From: Callorhinchus milii
Taxonomy: Eukaryota
Assembly (NCBI RefSeq): GCF_018977255.1
Contig: NW_024704743.1
Location: forward strand, 21,578,001 to 21,642,000
Direction of reading: 5' to 3'
DNA: 64,000 bases
Below, piece after piece: positions 27,391 through 40,559 of the stretch (positions within the stretch are counted from its first letter, which is position 1; the number at the start of each line of letters is the position of its first letter). A program made the translations under genes and the position numbers. The notes under the pieces were generated by a model. It made no database searches. It was not told the DNA's origin and saw only the letters and a list, made by a program, of their open reading frames with translations.

Positions 27391-29159
27391 GTTTTGAAGT
27401 CAACCCTCTGTGACGGTCTCAGTAGTCTGGTTCCTGAGCCAGATGGGTCTGTAATACTCCAGGGCACTGCTGATGGCAGACCAGCAAGGCTGGCTCATCG
27501 GGATGATTTGGAAGAGCAGTTCAGTTACTGGAGCAGGGATTCTTCACACTCAGTTCCTTTTCACACGCCAAGCCAAATCCTAATGGGTAGCATGGTCTTA
27601 GTTGGACTAGTAGCAGGAAGCTTGCCAAGCAGTTCTTTCAGTGAAAGCTGTGCAGTTTAGCTGGTTAAACCCCAGCAGCTCCGCAAAACACACTCTATGG
27701 TCCCCAAGGCTTGGCTCTTGCCAACATGTGCCTAATGTTCTGGAATTAAGTAACAGGATCTGTCCCTCCATGGAGAGAGTGTGCACCCAGCTGACCAAAA
27801 AAAACACAAGCCGTGTTTCCCCCCTGTAATGTAAATGAAATGGATGTTCCTTTATAACACATTTAGACAATTGATGAGTGCTGTCACTTTCTTTACTCCA
27901 CGTTGATAAATGCTCAGGGTTGTGCTAATCCTTATAGAAGAGATTTATGCTCTGAATAGCAATTCTAAACCTTGAAAATGGCTCATAGGTATTTTGCTGA
28001 AGTTGAAAAGTGATTTGTGGTCTAAACATCAATTTATTTGTGAAAAGCTCCAATCTTTTTTGAATTGAAATTGAATTTACTTTGTTAATAATAATATTGT
28101 GGCATACTTACTGTGTCGGTAATATAAAGCTATTAAAATAAGATACAATTTACAGTTACATAGAGCTTTTCACACCGAGAGTGCATCTTAAAGAGCTTTA
28201 CATTGGGGGTGGGAGCCAAGAGGGATGGAGAAAGATAATGATAATCAAAATAAGAAGCCTTGCATTTAATAAAGTGACTCATCACGTTGAGACGTCTCAA
28301 ATCGCTTAAAAAAATATATTGTAAAGTCGATTGACTGTGTATTTTGTAGGCGAAACACAGAAGCCAATTGCAAGATGACCAAAAACAAGTCCAAAGAGGT
28401 TTTTATGTTTTAAGATGTATCTTGAAAGAGGGGAGGGACCATTGAATTAGAAAGAATCCCAGAGATAGGGGGTAGAAATCTAAATATAAAATTTAGCAAT
28501 GTCAGTTCGATATTGTTTCAGTCGGACCCTGAGGAAGAATTCAAAAGTTATAAGGCCCATCATTCAAAGCTCTATTCTCCTGTGCATTGTCTCAGAGAAC
28601 TGCTGTGGATCCTTGGTCCCTGATGCAATAAAACAACTTCAGCAAATATCACATACTTCAAAGACTACTACTAATAATAATAATCCTTGCATTTGATATA
28701 GCACCTTGTCACATCTTGGAGACATCTCAAAGTACTTCACAGAATATTGTGTAAAGTGTAATGACTGTATATTTTGTGGGCAAAACAGGACAGGCCACAG
28801 CAGGACAAAGTACAAGGAACAGGACAAAGCACAAATAGTTGCACAGTGGAATGGAACTCCAGATACATTAACAGGATGGATAAAGATAGTTATAGTTCAA
28901 AATGGTAACTACATTGATGGTCTATTTAAGTGTTCCCCAGAGTTGTGAATTGTATGATCTTGCTGCAGCATTATTTTTCCATCAATCTGTGAAGATTCAG
29001 TCACACTTGTAATAAGTTTTCATATTGACAGAAAGTATTCAAACCATGAGAGAACTAGTCCAACCTGTTTTTCATGAGGATTCTGGTAAGAGGATTGTGA
29101 GTTTATGTCCCACATCAAGCCTTGTAGTTAGTTGGGTGACGTTATGTAATACTTGGGGT

Positions 29160-29445
29160 AAATACATTGTAAAGTGAATTGACTGTATATTTTGTGGGAG
29201 AATCGCGGCAGACAATTGATTACAACAGTGTCCCACAAACACTCGTGGATAGAAGTGACCAATTTATTATTTTTTTAAGGAATTATTACCCACGGAAAAA
29301 GCGATCTGCCAATTGAACAAGAGCCAGGTTCCTATTTACTACTAGGTAAACAGAGTGTGTGGAGTAAGAAAACTTGCCCGACATTTTGCCCTGCTGGGAA
29401 TCAAACCCAGGTCTCTCTCTTGCGAGGCAAGTGCTCTAACCACTT
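29160..29445 (-). mobile_element. tRNA-headed SINE, long subfamily, downstream of the ENKUR stop
   Basis: Head, internal segment and Deu core present; tail truncated. Confidence 0.82.
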
Positions 29446-29859
29446 ATGTTACTCTATAAATCCAAAGAAAAATTGCTGGCAAACATTTCCTCATTAATAC
29501 AGGACAGAATTTAACATTTGTGTACAGTACATATCATTTTGAACAATTCTATGAATTTTGTTGTTGAATCAAATACTGTAAGTATACACGGACTGATGTT
29601 TCTAAAGTAAGTTGCAGGAAATAATATTGTAGAATAATGCGTTCTAAATTGTAAACTGTAACTTTGCTACCAATTGTCATTTAATTCCTCAACGTTTTGC
29701 ACTCTTATTCATATATTCGCGAAGTATGATTACTATTGATCTGTTTTACATGAGCAACTGCTACTGTGATCTATAGTACTTGGAGACTTAAAATCCTAAT
29801 GCAATTATGCTTTATGTCTTCCAAAACAGAGGAAATTTAGGAGGCGAGTTCATAAATCT

Positions 29860-30033
29860 TTAATTATGTGCAATGTAGATTGTTTTATGCCTCTCAATCA
29901 GATCGATGTCTTTCTCTAAATTTTTCATGCTAGCCTCAAGCCTTAGTTTGTTGTTTTTCTTCGGCAGTGAATCTATCACAACAGAAAGACCCTGGAATTC
30001 ATGATGCAGCTCTTCCCAGTTCTTCTTCAGTCC
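29860..30033 (-). CDS. ENKUR: Enkurin terminal coding exon (GLKKNWEELHHEFQGLSVVIDSLPKKNNKLRLEASMKNLEKDIDLIERHKTIYIAHN*)
   Basis: 174 nt; acceptor GTTTTAG|; TAA at 29862-29860; total CDS 765 nt = 254 aa; candidate ATTAAA poly(A) signal at 29685-29680. Confidence 0.94.
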   Translation of the reverse strand, partial: GLKKNWEELHHEFQGLSVVIDSLPKKNNKLRLEASMKNLEKDIDLIERHKTIYIAHN

Positions 30034-30059
30034 CTAAAACATGAATAGGAACAAAACTG

Positions 30060-30427
30060 TTATAATAACAATCCTTGCATTTGATATAGAGCCATATCAC
30101 GTCTTCGAGACATCTCAAAGCGCTTCACAGAATATACAGCAAAGTGAATTGACTGTATATTTTGCGGACGAAGCGCGACAGCCAATTGTGCACGGCAGTG
30201 TCCCACAGACAGTCGTGGATTGAAGTGACCAATTTTTTTTAAGCAATTATTACCCCCGGAAAGGAAATCCGCCAATCGACTAACAATCCGGTTCCTACTT
30301 ACTGCTAGGTGAACAGAGCCGTGTGGAGTAAGGAAACTTGCCTAATGTTTCGCCCTGCCCAGGAATCAAACCCAGATCCCTCACTTGTGAGGTGTGTGCT
30401 CTATCCACTGATCTACAGGACTCCACT
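30060..30427 (-). mobile_element. tRNA-headed SINE, long subfamily, in ENKUR intron 4 close to the acceptor
   Basis: Full head to tail; the tail ends ~25 nt before the exon-5 acceptor. Confidence 0.88.
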
Positions 30428-30799
30428 AAATCGTTAAAACATAGCACCATTATCATCATAATCCTTGCATTTGATATAGCACCTTATCACATCTGCGAGA
30501 CGTCTCAAAGCGCTTCACAGGTTACACTGTAAAGTTGAGTGACTGTGTGCTTTGTGGGCAAAACTCGGCACACAAACAATCGTGGATTGAGTAACACACA
30601 CACACACAGTAACAGACACGCACACAGACAGACACACCCACACCCACATACTGTGGGATCTAAATAAGAGGCAATTTAGAGGAAGTGAGGTAGACACATG
30701 AGGAAGATGGGAATAGAAGGGAGGGAGTAAGGAGTAGATGGAGAGTGCAGCATGTGGAGTAAACAGCAGGATAGACTATAAATTCTAAACGTATGATGT

Positions 30800-31320
30800 A
30801 AATCATCAGTTAGACTGCAGTTAGAATATTGGTGTCCAGTATTGGTCATCCCACTTTAGGATGACATCAAGGTGATAGAAGGGTGCTGAGGAGATTTACT
30901 CAGGGGTGTTTTTTTTTGGCCTACAAGTGGAGACTGGAGGAATTGGGACTATTTCTGCTGGAACAAAGAAGGTCGAGGGTGACCTGATAGAGGTCTTTAA
31001 AATTATGAGGCGTTTTGATAGTCAACAGGGAAAAAAGTACTTTCACTGGTCGATGAGTCAGTATAACTAGAGGGCATCTATTTAAGATAGTTAATGAGCA
31101 AATGAGTAGGTTAGGAGATATTTTTGGAGAGCAGTTAGGATATGGATATAGTGGGTGGTTGAGACAAATCCATATTGGTCTTCAAGAGGGAAAAATGCCT
31201 TAGAAAGAGGCGCATGGAGAAAGGGGTGGTAAATGGCACTGAAATGATTGTTCTTCAAGGAGCAGACATAGACACAATGGGTCAAATGGCCTTCTTCTGT
31301 GCCGTAAATTTCTATGGTTC
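30800..31320 (+). mobile_element. CR1-clade LINE 3' fragment
   Basis: RLEELGLFLLEQRR..GDLIEVFKIM-like coding remnant and GGTCAAATGGCCTTCTTCTGTGCCGTAAATTTCTATG tail. Others at ~1710-1960, 13170-13500, 34165-34370 and 50010-50520. Confidence 0.8.
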
Positions 31321-31898
31321 TAAAATAGCAAGTACTGTAGATGGTTTGTCAGGAGCTTGCATTTTGAGGTTAAATAATATTACTTCAGTCAAGTTGGTAA
31401 TACTAAAAAACTAACATTAAACAGGCAAAAAAATGAATTTCAACTTCCTTTAAAGTGGAAAGGTTATTGCAGCAGTAAGAAAAAGTGTAAATTGCAACCC
31501 TTTCTGTTTGATAACTGATAATAACTGGTTAATGTAATAGATACAGCTGTAGAAAATGAGGAACTGCACTGGCCTTCAAGTAATCCAGTAGCTTATAAAT
31601 AAATTCCTGGTTTTCATATACTGTAATTAGGAACTCTGGAAGGAATACAGAGACAGCCTCCCAATGTGAAAGGCACAAAATAAATGTACATTTGTATTTT
31701 GATATTATAGACGTGATATTGAATGCAAGGATTATTTTTACTTTTATAACCCAAGCTTGGCATCACCCAACCACAACTTCCTGATTTATCTCAGCCTCTC
31801 ACCTACTCTTTTCAGCCTTGCTGAACTCCTTCATTACTAATGGACCTTGGTTTTATCCCCATTTGTCTCCACTAAGAAAATAGGATACCCCTGCCAAC

Positions 31899-32045
31899 CT
31901 GTAACACAGCATCTCGCTCCTCTTCAGTCAGCTGTTTCATAGCACCTTTCCTCATATACTCCTTTACATAAGCATCATATTCTTCTTGTACTCTTTTGAC
32001 CTCTTCTTTCCGCTCGGTTATATATTGGGGTGTTTTACCAAAGTC
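31899..32045 (-). CDS. ENKUR: Enkurin coding exon 4 (DFGKTPQYITERKEEVKRVQEEYDAYVKEYMRKGAMKQLTEEERDAVLQ)
   Basis: 147 nt, phase 0/0; acceptor TTTATAG|, donor CAG|GTTGGC; enkurin domain. Not in the supplied ORF track; translated by hand. Confidence 0.95.
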
Positions 32046-33265
32046 CTATAAAATGAATTTTTCAGATTAACCCTTTGAAGACTATTTTGCAGCAATTACA
32101 ATGCATTTTTTTTCTATTGAATATCAGTGCAGATCTATTTATTGCTAATATGGAATCAAAATGTGTTAAAAACAAATTATACAAACTGTAGGGACTAAAT
32201 GGCCTTTTTTGACCAGAATATTTTGGCCAGAATATTTTGGAGCAGAATATAATATTTCTTGACGTCAACTGGATAACATGAAGGTAAGGGGGGAAATCGT
32301 TTTTTTTTAAAAAATATTAAAAATGAATATTAATTTCATCCTTATGGCAGAAAATATTATAATAGCAATCAAAGCTCAGTAGCTCAATTACTTGGCAGGA
32401 GAATAATCAAGTTTATGAGCAGGCAGCCTGGGGGACTCTGTCAATATACTTCACACTGTACGTGTATTCTTGGCCGAGCTCTGAGATGGAGCATCGACCA
32501 AAGGTGAGGTGTTTCATTACAGTACAGAAAATAGATACAGGAAGCTCATCTTTGAATTATATTTCTTACTGAGTGATGAGCATATATTGTTATCAGATCA
32601 AGCTTCTTATCTGGAGGAAAATTGAGGGATAGTACCAAATGCTAAGAAGCAAAAAGAGTTAAAAATCTATATACGGTAATAGCTTTAGAAATGGAAGGCA
32701 CAGTTTTGGAGAGGAGATGTGGAAAGCAAGGCGAGACTTCGCATCAATAATTGTATGCACTTGAAAGGAAAATCCCAACTATGAAATGTTCTTTGGTTAT
32801 TACAGATTTGATTCAAGGAGGTAAATTGTATGCTTTGTGAAACATAAAGCACATTTTAACTTATTGAGGTGAGTGATGAAAGACCCTTAACAGTTTGGTG
32901 AAAAGTTGATTAAAATGTTGTAAAATTAAGATGAGGAAGTCATTGGTTAAGTACTGAAGGCACATGCATCAATGCATTCTGTGTGCAGTTTTGTAGCCCA
33001 GAGGGTGAGGAGAGATTCTGAGAACATTTAGTGACAATCTAATCAAATGCTTGTTGAGAGAAAACATCACTTATGACATTGCACAACAGTGACATGTGAA
33101 GAGTTTTTTTTAAAAAAAATGTTTGGCAAGCAGTAAAAACCTGAAAGCCTTATTTAACGTTTGTTGAAGGATTTTAGAAATTGATGTGACAAGTTAGCAT
33201 TCATAGACAAATAGTGCAGTGAGAAAAATCTACCCACATATTGCTAAACAAATCTAAGTCATTAC

Positions 33266-33486
33266 CTTTTTCTTCAAGTATTTATGAACGAGCCCTGAAG
33301 GTTCTAGTAGGTTTTTATTTCCTCTTTTAGTATCAACATAGATGGGCACAGGCTTCTTTGGTACTTTCATCAAAATATCCATCACATTATTATGGACAAA
33401 GTTCTTCTTACTTTGTAGTCCCATGATAGGTTTCTCATTTGTAATGGTCACCTGTCCACTGTTCTCTCGGCATTTGAATGGTTTCC
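33266..33486 (-). CDS. ENKUR: Enkurin coding exon 3 (GKPFKC...PIMGLQSKKNFV...PKKPVPIYVDTKRGNKNLLEPSGLVHKYLKKK)
   Basis: 221 nt; acceptor TTCCACAG|, donor AAG|GTAATG; strong enkurin similarity. Confidence 0.95.
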
Positions 33487-35476
33487 CTGTGGAATCAAAA
33501 TGATCACTTTCCTGTTCCAACAAGACAGACAGACCCAATTGCTTCCATTATTATTTGGCAATATGGTATCATGATTAAATCTGGTTGACTTGGCAGACAA
33601 AAGGTTTAAAGAAATGCAAAACTTTTTTTTTTTAATTTGCTAGTTTATAATACTAATCCCTACATCTGATATCACCTTTCAGGAAGCCGTGTTAAAGCAC
33701 TTCACATGTTTACCTGTAGAATTTAGTGATTGTATTTTGTAGGTGAACGCGACAGCCAATTTGTACAAAGCGATGTCCCACAAACAGCCTTGAATTGAAC
33801 GACGAATTTTATCTGGGTGTTTGCTGGCCAAGTCACCAAAAGAAATTCTCTTTTTTGAATAGTGACATGGGATCTTTAACGACCGCCTGATCAGGCAGAT
33901 AATATCTCAGTTTTACACTTCATGCGAAGGCCAACACCTCAGACACTCCACCAGCATTTTACTGGAGTGTCAGCCAACAACAACAACAACAACAACAACC
34001 ACTTGCATTTATATAGCACCCCTCACGCAGGGCAGCATCCCAGAATGCTTGACAGTGGTGGAGCACGAAGCCAAGCTGGGGGGAAGGGGGAGGTGACGGG
34101 AAGCACGGTCGAATAGGATGGTCTTCAGGAGCGACCTGAAGATGGGGAAGGAAGGGGCAAGAGTAGAACAAGAGGACACAAGTTTAGGGTTGCAAAAGGC
34201 AATTTCAAGGCAGACACCAAGAACTATTATTTATCAAGAAGATAATTAATGACTAGAACAACTTATCAGGAAGGGTGGTTGATGCCGGGACATTGGACCC
34301 ATTTAGAAAAATGCTCAATGCTGTCATGGGAAGATGGTACGGTGGGTTTTCTGGAAGGATGAGATCCAAAGGGCTTTTTCAAACAAATTTCGCTTGCAAT
34401 TTGATTAATAGAGTCTCCTTCTGGTAACCAGAAATGGTCATACCATACTGTGGGAACTCCAGTTTATTGATCACATCAGTGCAGAGTCCCCATAGGTCAG
34501 TCAGGCTGATGCACTAATGTGTAATGGCACAAACTACTACTGGCAACTTTGTTGGCCACTTTTTATATAATTATATTATAAAATATTATATTTGAAATAT
34601 TCCATTCCAATTCCATTTTATTGCAAACTATTAATCACTTTGAGAATGGATCATGCCACTATAAGACAATCCTGTTATAAACTAGGTTAAAAACATGAAA
34701 AAATGTCCACCTTCGCAAAATGAAATTAGTGGCGTCTCCTGGTGTACAAGCGCTCCGGGAAGCCCTGGGTGAAGGGCGCTGTATAAATGCAAGTTGTTGT
34801 TGTTCTACATGCACAACACATAAGAAGTAAGGTTTGTGCTGTTTCCTATGCATAGCCTATAGGAAGTACCATCAGCAGTGATCTAACAATCTGTAAGACA
34901 GTTATTTTTTAGCAGGGGATTACTGGCTGGGTAGACCATGCTTCAAGTATAGTGCACAAGGTCTGCAGTACACAGTACTAAAAATGACCTGCAATCTAAG
35001 TAGAATCACACTAAACTGGGTTGCATTATAAAAGGAATCGCCTTGTAAATGGTTTATATTATCTAAATTTGTGCTGGATATATATTGGGCCAACCTGTAT
35101 CGGGTATCTTCCAAGCGGAAGGGGATGTAGTCCAGATTCAGATAGTCTGTGACTTAAGTACTTTTCAGTGACCTCTCAGAAGGTTTGAAAAATCAGATGA
35201 TTGCAGATATTCACAATATCACCAAGCAAAGTACGGGTAGTTCATTTCTACATTGTCTAAAAACAGCCGGAACTCACTCACCCAACCAGAGAAAGGAAAC
35301 TGCAGCTTAAGAATTCGAATACTCAACCAGCAAAAGTTCAAGTTAACTGATTACAACTGTTGAGCTTTTGGACCTCTTAAATTTTAAAGCAAACAAAATA
35401 TTTTAAAGCTGAGCTGAAGTATATAGATATACAAGCACAGATATACAACATGTTGTTATACTTTACAGAGTCTTAC

Positions 35477-35622
35477 CTTCAAATGGCTTTGGTTCCTTGG
35501 AATGCTTTTGTAGAAAATATTTTGGGCAAGGCCGTTCAACTTTGGCTAATCCCATTGTTTTGTGTGAAGATTTCTTACTTTCCCACTCCTTTTCTATTGT
35601 TTCCGTATGCTTGGAAATAAAC
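35477..35622 (-). CDS. ENKUR: Enkurin coding exon 2 (RFISKHTETIEKEWESKKSSHKTMGLAKVERPCPKYFLQKHSKEPKPFE)
   Basis: 146 nt; acceptor TCTATTAG|, donor AAG|GTAAGA; KTMG.AKVE.P.PK.FL.KHSKE enkurin motif; phases fit exons 1 and 3. Confidence 0.95.
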
Positions 35623-36429
35623 CTAATAGAAAAGTATACACAGTATTGTATTATACATTTCAATTAATAATAATAATCTTGTATTGATACAGTGCTTATC
35701 ACATTGGGAGGATATCTCAAAATGCTTCACAGGATATACCGTGAAGTGATGTGATTATGTATTTTGTGGGCGAACAAGACAGCCAATTTGCGCAAGTGAC
35801 ATCCCACAAACAGCCATGAAGTGAACGACCAATTTTTATTTGTGGGATTGTTGGCCCAAATAAAAAACTGGCATTCAGTTGTTGTTTTTTTGGAGTCACT
35901 TTTCGACTCACTTCCTCACTATCTGTCTTTAAATCCTGTCAAAAAAAAACTTACTTCTTTAACTATGCCTATATCCCCCTCCTTCCTTGCTTGGCATTCG
36001 ATCCTGTTAAGTGGTTCACAAAGTTATACTACATAAAGGGCACGATATAAATACAAGTTGTTGCTGTCTCCAAAAGGATTATTTCAGTGAAAAATAATAA
36101 CAATCTTTGTATTTGATTTAGTACCTTATCAAGGCATTGAAATGTCTTGTAGAGCTTCACAGGATTCATTGTAAAGTTTAGGGATTATGCATCTGTAGGT
36201 GAACCTGGCAGTCAATTTGGGCACAACATTGTATTAAAAACAACCATGAAGTGAATGACCAATTTCATCTGGCCAGGACACTTCCTATCAGACATAAATA
36301 TAAGTATAGTTTCCAACCTTTCCATTTCATTTAGGAAATAGAAACAAGTCATGCTCCTCAGATGTTCCTGCTGGATGAAAAGGCACACAATGCTATGAGT
36401 GTTTATTTAATTTCTATGGAAGATGTTGC

Positions 36430-38070
36430 AGACAGTAGCACTTTGAGGAATGCCACCCGAGATGATGTGGGGGCTAGAGGAGAAACCATTTGTGGAGATG
36501 AAGTGGAGGCGGGGTGAGAGGTACAATCTGAATCATTCAAGGACAGAACTGTGAAGGTTGAGGTGAGAAGAGAGGCGGTAGATGAGGATACAGATTGGTC
36601 AACGGTGTCGAAAGCAGCAGAGAGGTCAAGGAAGATGAGGAGGCAAAGGGAGCCCTGGTCGCAGATGGACAGAATGTCATTTGTCACTTCGACCAGGGCT
36701 GTTTCTGTGCTGTGGGTGGCAAGGAAACCCGATTGGAGGGGTTTGTGAAGAGAGTGGCGGGAGAGGAAGGAGTGAAGGTGGGAAACAACAACTTATTCAA
36801 GGACCTTGGAGAGGAAAGGAAGGTTGGAGATGGGGCAGTAATTTGAGAGCAGAAATGGGTCCAGGGAGGGTTTTTTAAGGATAAGAGTGATGACGTCTGT
36901 TTTTAAAGGGGTGGCAATGGTACTAGTGGACAGAGAGAGGTTTATGATGTCTGTGAGTAGAGGGGCAAGGAGGTGGAACTGGGAGGTAAGGAGAGGGGCA
37001 GGGATGGAGTCGATGGAGCAGGTGGTCGGTTTCATGCGGGTTATAGTGGTGGTGACGGGGAGACAGGTTCAAAGGTTTGAAGGGAGGGATGGGTAGTGGC
37101 CGGGGTGAGAAGGGGAGATGGGCAGGGGATAGTAGACAGAAGAGCAAAGGCAGCTGAGCGGATCCCCTCAAGATTCGAGGAAGTCCAGCATTGCCTCGCC
37201 GTTGGCATTGGAGGTGAGGATGGGTGAGGCGTGAGAGGGTGGGAGGATGAGCCAGTTGGTGATGGAGAAGAGGAGCCTTGGGTTGTCCTTGGCCTCCAAG
37301 ATTGTCTTGGAGTAAAACACGATTAAACGGTGGTGAGAGCGGAGTGGTAGGATTTGATAAGGTCCAGCCAGATCTGCCGATGGACCGTTAAGTTTAACTT
37401 AAGCCAGGTGCGTTCAGCGCACCCACCTGTGCTTTAAGGGAGTGGAGATGGCTAGTGTACCAGGGTGACTTTTGTGAGTAGGAGATGGTTTGGGAAGTGA
37501 GGGGGCAAGGGAATCGAGAGTGGTGTAGAGGGAGTTGTGGAGAAGAGTGACCAAGGAGGATAGGTCATTGCGGGAGGAAGCCCAGGGGGGAAGAAGTTCA
37601 GATGACTCCAAGACAGTTGAGAGGGAGAGGGAGGAGAGTTTTTTTCCCAGGGATGATAGGAGATGGAAGTGGGTTGGGTGGCAGTGGGGAGAGGGATTGA
37701 GGAGTTGAGGGAGATGAAATGATGGTCCGAGGTCGCTTTGTCGATGATGGTGAGGTCCGAAACAGTGAGGCTCCAAGTGATCACCAGGTCGAGGGGGTAA
37801 CCGTGGATATAAGTGGCGGAGTGGATGCGGAGGGAGAGATTGAGGGAGGACATAAGAGAGGAGAAGTCAGCAGAGGTAGATCAGGTGGGGGTGAAGTGAA
37901 AGTTGAAGTCGTCTAGGATGAGGAGGCGTTCAGAGCAGAGGGAGAGGGAAGATAGGAGGGTGGGGATATGGAGGAAGGTGAGGGAGGGCTTGGGGTTGGT
38001 GATAAAGAGAATTTTGAGGGAAAGGTTGGAGGGGTGATAAAGGACAAGGTGCTTGACGGAGGGGAAGTTA
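36430..38070 (-). mobile_element. Degenerate L2 ORF2 (endonuclease end to RT start) in ENKUR intron 1
   Basis: DFNFH, HGYPLDLVIT, SDHH, LKKPSLDP..LSNYCPISNLPFLSKVLE, LDLSAAFDTVD. Confidence 0.9.
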
Positions 38071-39439
38071 GTTACCAAAATGTTTATCTCACCTGGTTTC
38101 CCCCCTCTGTACAATATCAAGGCAATAATAGATTAGGTGAACTAAAGCTGCATACAATAGACCAGATAGGATCTGACCACTCCCTAATTTGTTGATTTGC
38201 ATTCCGAATCATACCACTGTATACGTCTCTGTGCTAAAGTCACTCATTACTTTATTTGCCTTCTTTTACTGCCACCACCAGTTTCAAAGATTCATCCATT
38301 TCCTGAATCCATCCTGATTGTTCTTTAACAAGCTCTAAATTTCAGATTTGTTCATTAGGTCTTTCAAATAGACTGGCTTCACAATTGATGTTAAAATTAC
38401 TGGCTTAGTAACCAGAGCATTTCTCTTGCCCATTTAGGACTATTTCCACAGTGGTTTAAGCCAAAAGCTTTATTTATTGCATTCACCTTTTATTTGTTAC
38501 TTAGGGCTCATCATATTACTGAAGTAATTGGCTGCTGCGTTTCGCCCATAAAATATACAGTCAATTATTATTATTCCTATTATCATTTATTGACATCAAT
38601 TATCAATGTTTGTTATCAGTTTATTAATGTTTATATTATTTATTGACAATAATTTAATTTATTAGTCTATATCCTTTATCGGGTAATTGCTGTCAAATCC
38701 TGTATCTGTGTATTTCTTCACCAACCTGTCCCCTCACTCCACTCTGCAGGTACTGGCCTGTTTCACGTCCCTCGTCTTGCCTGCTCCACTATCGGCGGTT
38801 GGGCCTGTAGCCTTTCTACCCCCACACTCTGAAGCTTCATCCCGGAGCCCCTCGGCCTCACCTGCTTCCTTCAATGCCCATTTCAAGACCTTTTTCAACC
38901 ATGCCTTCGGTCATCTTCCCTTCTATCCCAACCCCTTGCCCTCCACCCCTTTCTTATCCCAACCTGCAGCTTGGGTGCAATCCCCTCATTGTCCAACACC
39001 TTGGGACCTCCTCCTGATGTGAAAGCTGCTATATCAATGCAATTTGTTGTTGTTGTATTTGTAGGAAAACAAGGCAGCCAATTTTCACACTGCAGTTTCC
39101 CACAAACAGTGATAATTGGTGGATTGCTTTTCCGGGGGTAACAACCCCTTCAAAAATAAATAAATAAAATAATAATGCTAATAATGATAATTTGGTCACT
39201 CAATCCACAACTGTGCGAAATTGGCAGCCGCGTTTCACCCACAAATATATACAGTCAATTCACTTTATGGTATATTCTGTGAAGCGCCTTGAGATGCCTC
39301 GAAGATGTGATAAGATGCTATATCAAATGCAAGGATTATTATTATTATAAAGTGAATGATTCATTAAATGGAACATCGTTAAGCCAGGATACTGGGCCAA
39401 ACTACCTTCTTTTTTCAAATACTGTAGTGACATGGATCT

Positions 39440-40190
39440 TTAACAGGTAGATGAGGTGGTGAGGAGAACGATGACTGAAAGCATGGTCAGAGAGGTAGAT
39501 CTTGAGATAAACCTTGAAATGATGTGAGGGAAGGACCGAGTCAGATGGACTCCAGGATGAAGCTCCAAAGAGTGGGAGCAGACAGACTGCCGACAGGGTG
39601 GCGGGATATGAAGCAGACTGCTACCTTTTGAGCGTAGGGAATGGATGGGTTGGAAGGGAGGGTTTGAGGAGGTTGCAGAGCTGGATGGAGCAACACCATG
39701 AAGCAATTTAAAGGTGAGGAAGAGGATCTTGAACTTGATCTGCTGAGGAGCCAATGGAACGGGGCGAGAATGGGGGCGACAGTCTTGTGGAGCCTAGGGA
39801 AAGGACATGGGCTGCAGAGCTCTGGATAGTTTGCAGTCTGTGCCGGCAAGAGTTAGGCAGAACAGTAAGCAGAACATTAGCGACAACGACGGATGGCGTT
39901 TGTTTAAGCGCCTTTTTCACGCCAGGAGGACGTCCCAAGGCGCTGGACAGTCGGGGACTCGCACCTGAGCAGGTGGGGGGGGGGGGGAGGGAGGGCGGGC
40001 AGGGGAGTGGTAGGGAGGGTGACCGATGGCGAGGTTGAAGAGGAGGGTCTTGAGATGGGTCTTGAAGGAGGGAGGGAGGGAGTGGTGGGGGGGTGCGAGG
40101 CGGAGGGGACCGCGGGACGGAGTTCCAGAGGGTGGGGACAGAGGCTGAATGGCCCGAACAGCTTCCAGCAGCACAGCACTGAGCTCTCAT
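39440..40190 (-). mobile_element. Two tandem L2 3' fragments; the promoter-proximal one is GC-shifted
   Basis: IKFKILFLTFKLLHG and FKTHLKTLLF motifs; tail at ~39880. Confidence 0.8.
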
Positions 40191-40267
40191 CAGGGACTTT
40201 CTCCGGGGGCCCCCAGTGTCCATGATGATTAAAGCCTCCCGACCCCTGTCGCTGTCACTGGGGAGGT

Positions 40268-40478
40268 CCCCGGGCTCTGGGCTGGTCCCCCCCCCCCCCC
40301 CCCGGGCTCTGGGCTGCCCCCCCTCCCCCGGGCTCTGGGCTGGTCCCCCGGGCTCTGGGCTGGTCCCCCCCCCCTCCCCCGGGCTCTGGGCTGGTCCCCC
40401 CCCCCTCCCCGGGCTCTGGTCCCCCCCCCCCGGGCTCTGCCCCCCCCGGGCTCTGGTCCCCCCCCCGGCTCTGGGCTC
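40268..40478. repeat. GC-rich minisatellite, ~9 units of CCCGGGCTCTGG(GCTGG)TC(C)n, at the start of ENKUR intron 1
   Basis: Units counted directly; the last unit runs into the exon-1 donor. Confidence 0.9.
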
Positions 40479-40480
40479 AC

Positions 40481-40557
40481 CTGGGAGGGCGCTTGAATCT
40501 CGTGACCTCCCGGGGCAGGAGGTTGTAGACGCACTCGGATGGGTAGGGCCTCTCCAT
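40481..40557 (-). CDS. ENKUR: Enkurin coding exon 1 (MERPYPSECVYNLLPREVTRFKRPPR)
   Basis: GCC-ATG-G start at 40557; 77 nt; donor AG|GTGAGC; matches the enkurin N-terminus (SECIYNLIP..PPR). Confidence 0.93.
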
Positions 40558-40559
40558 GG

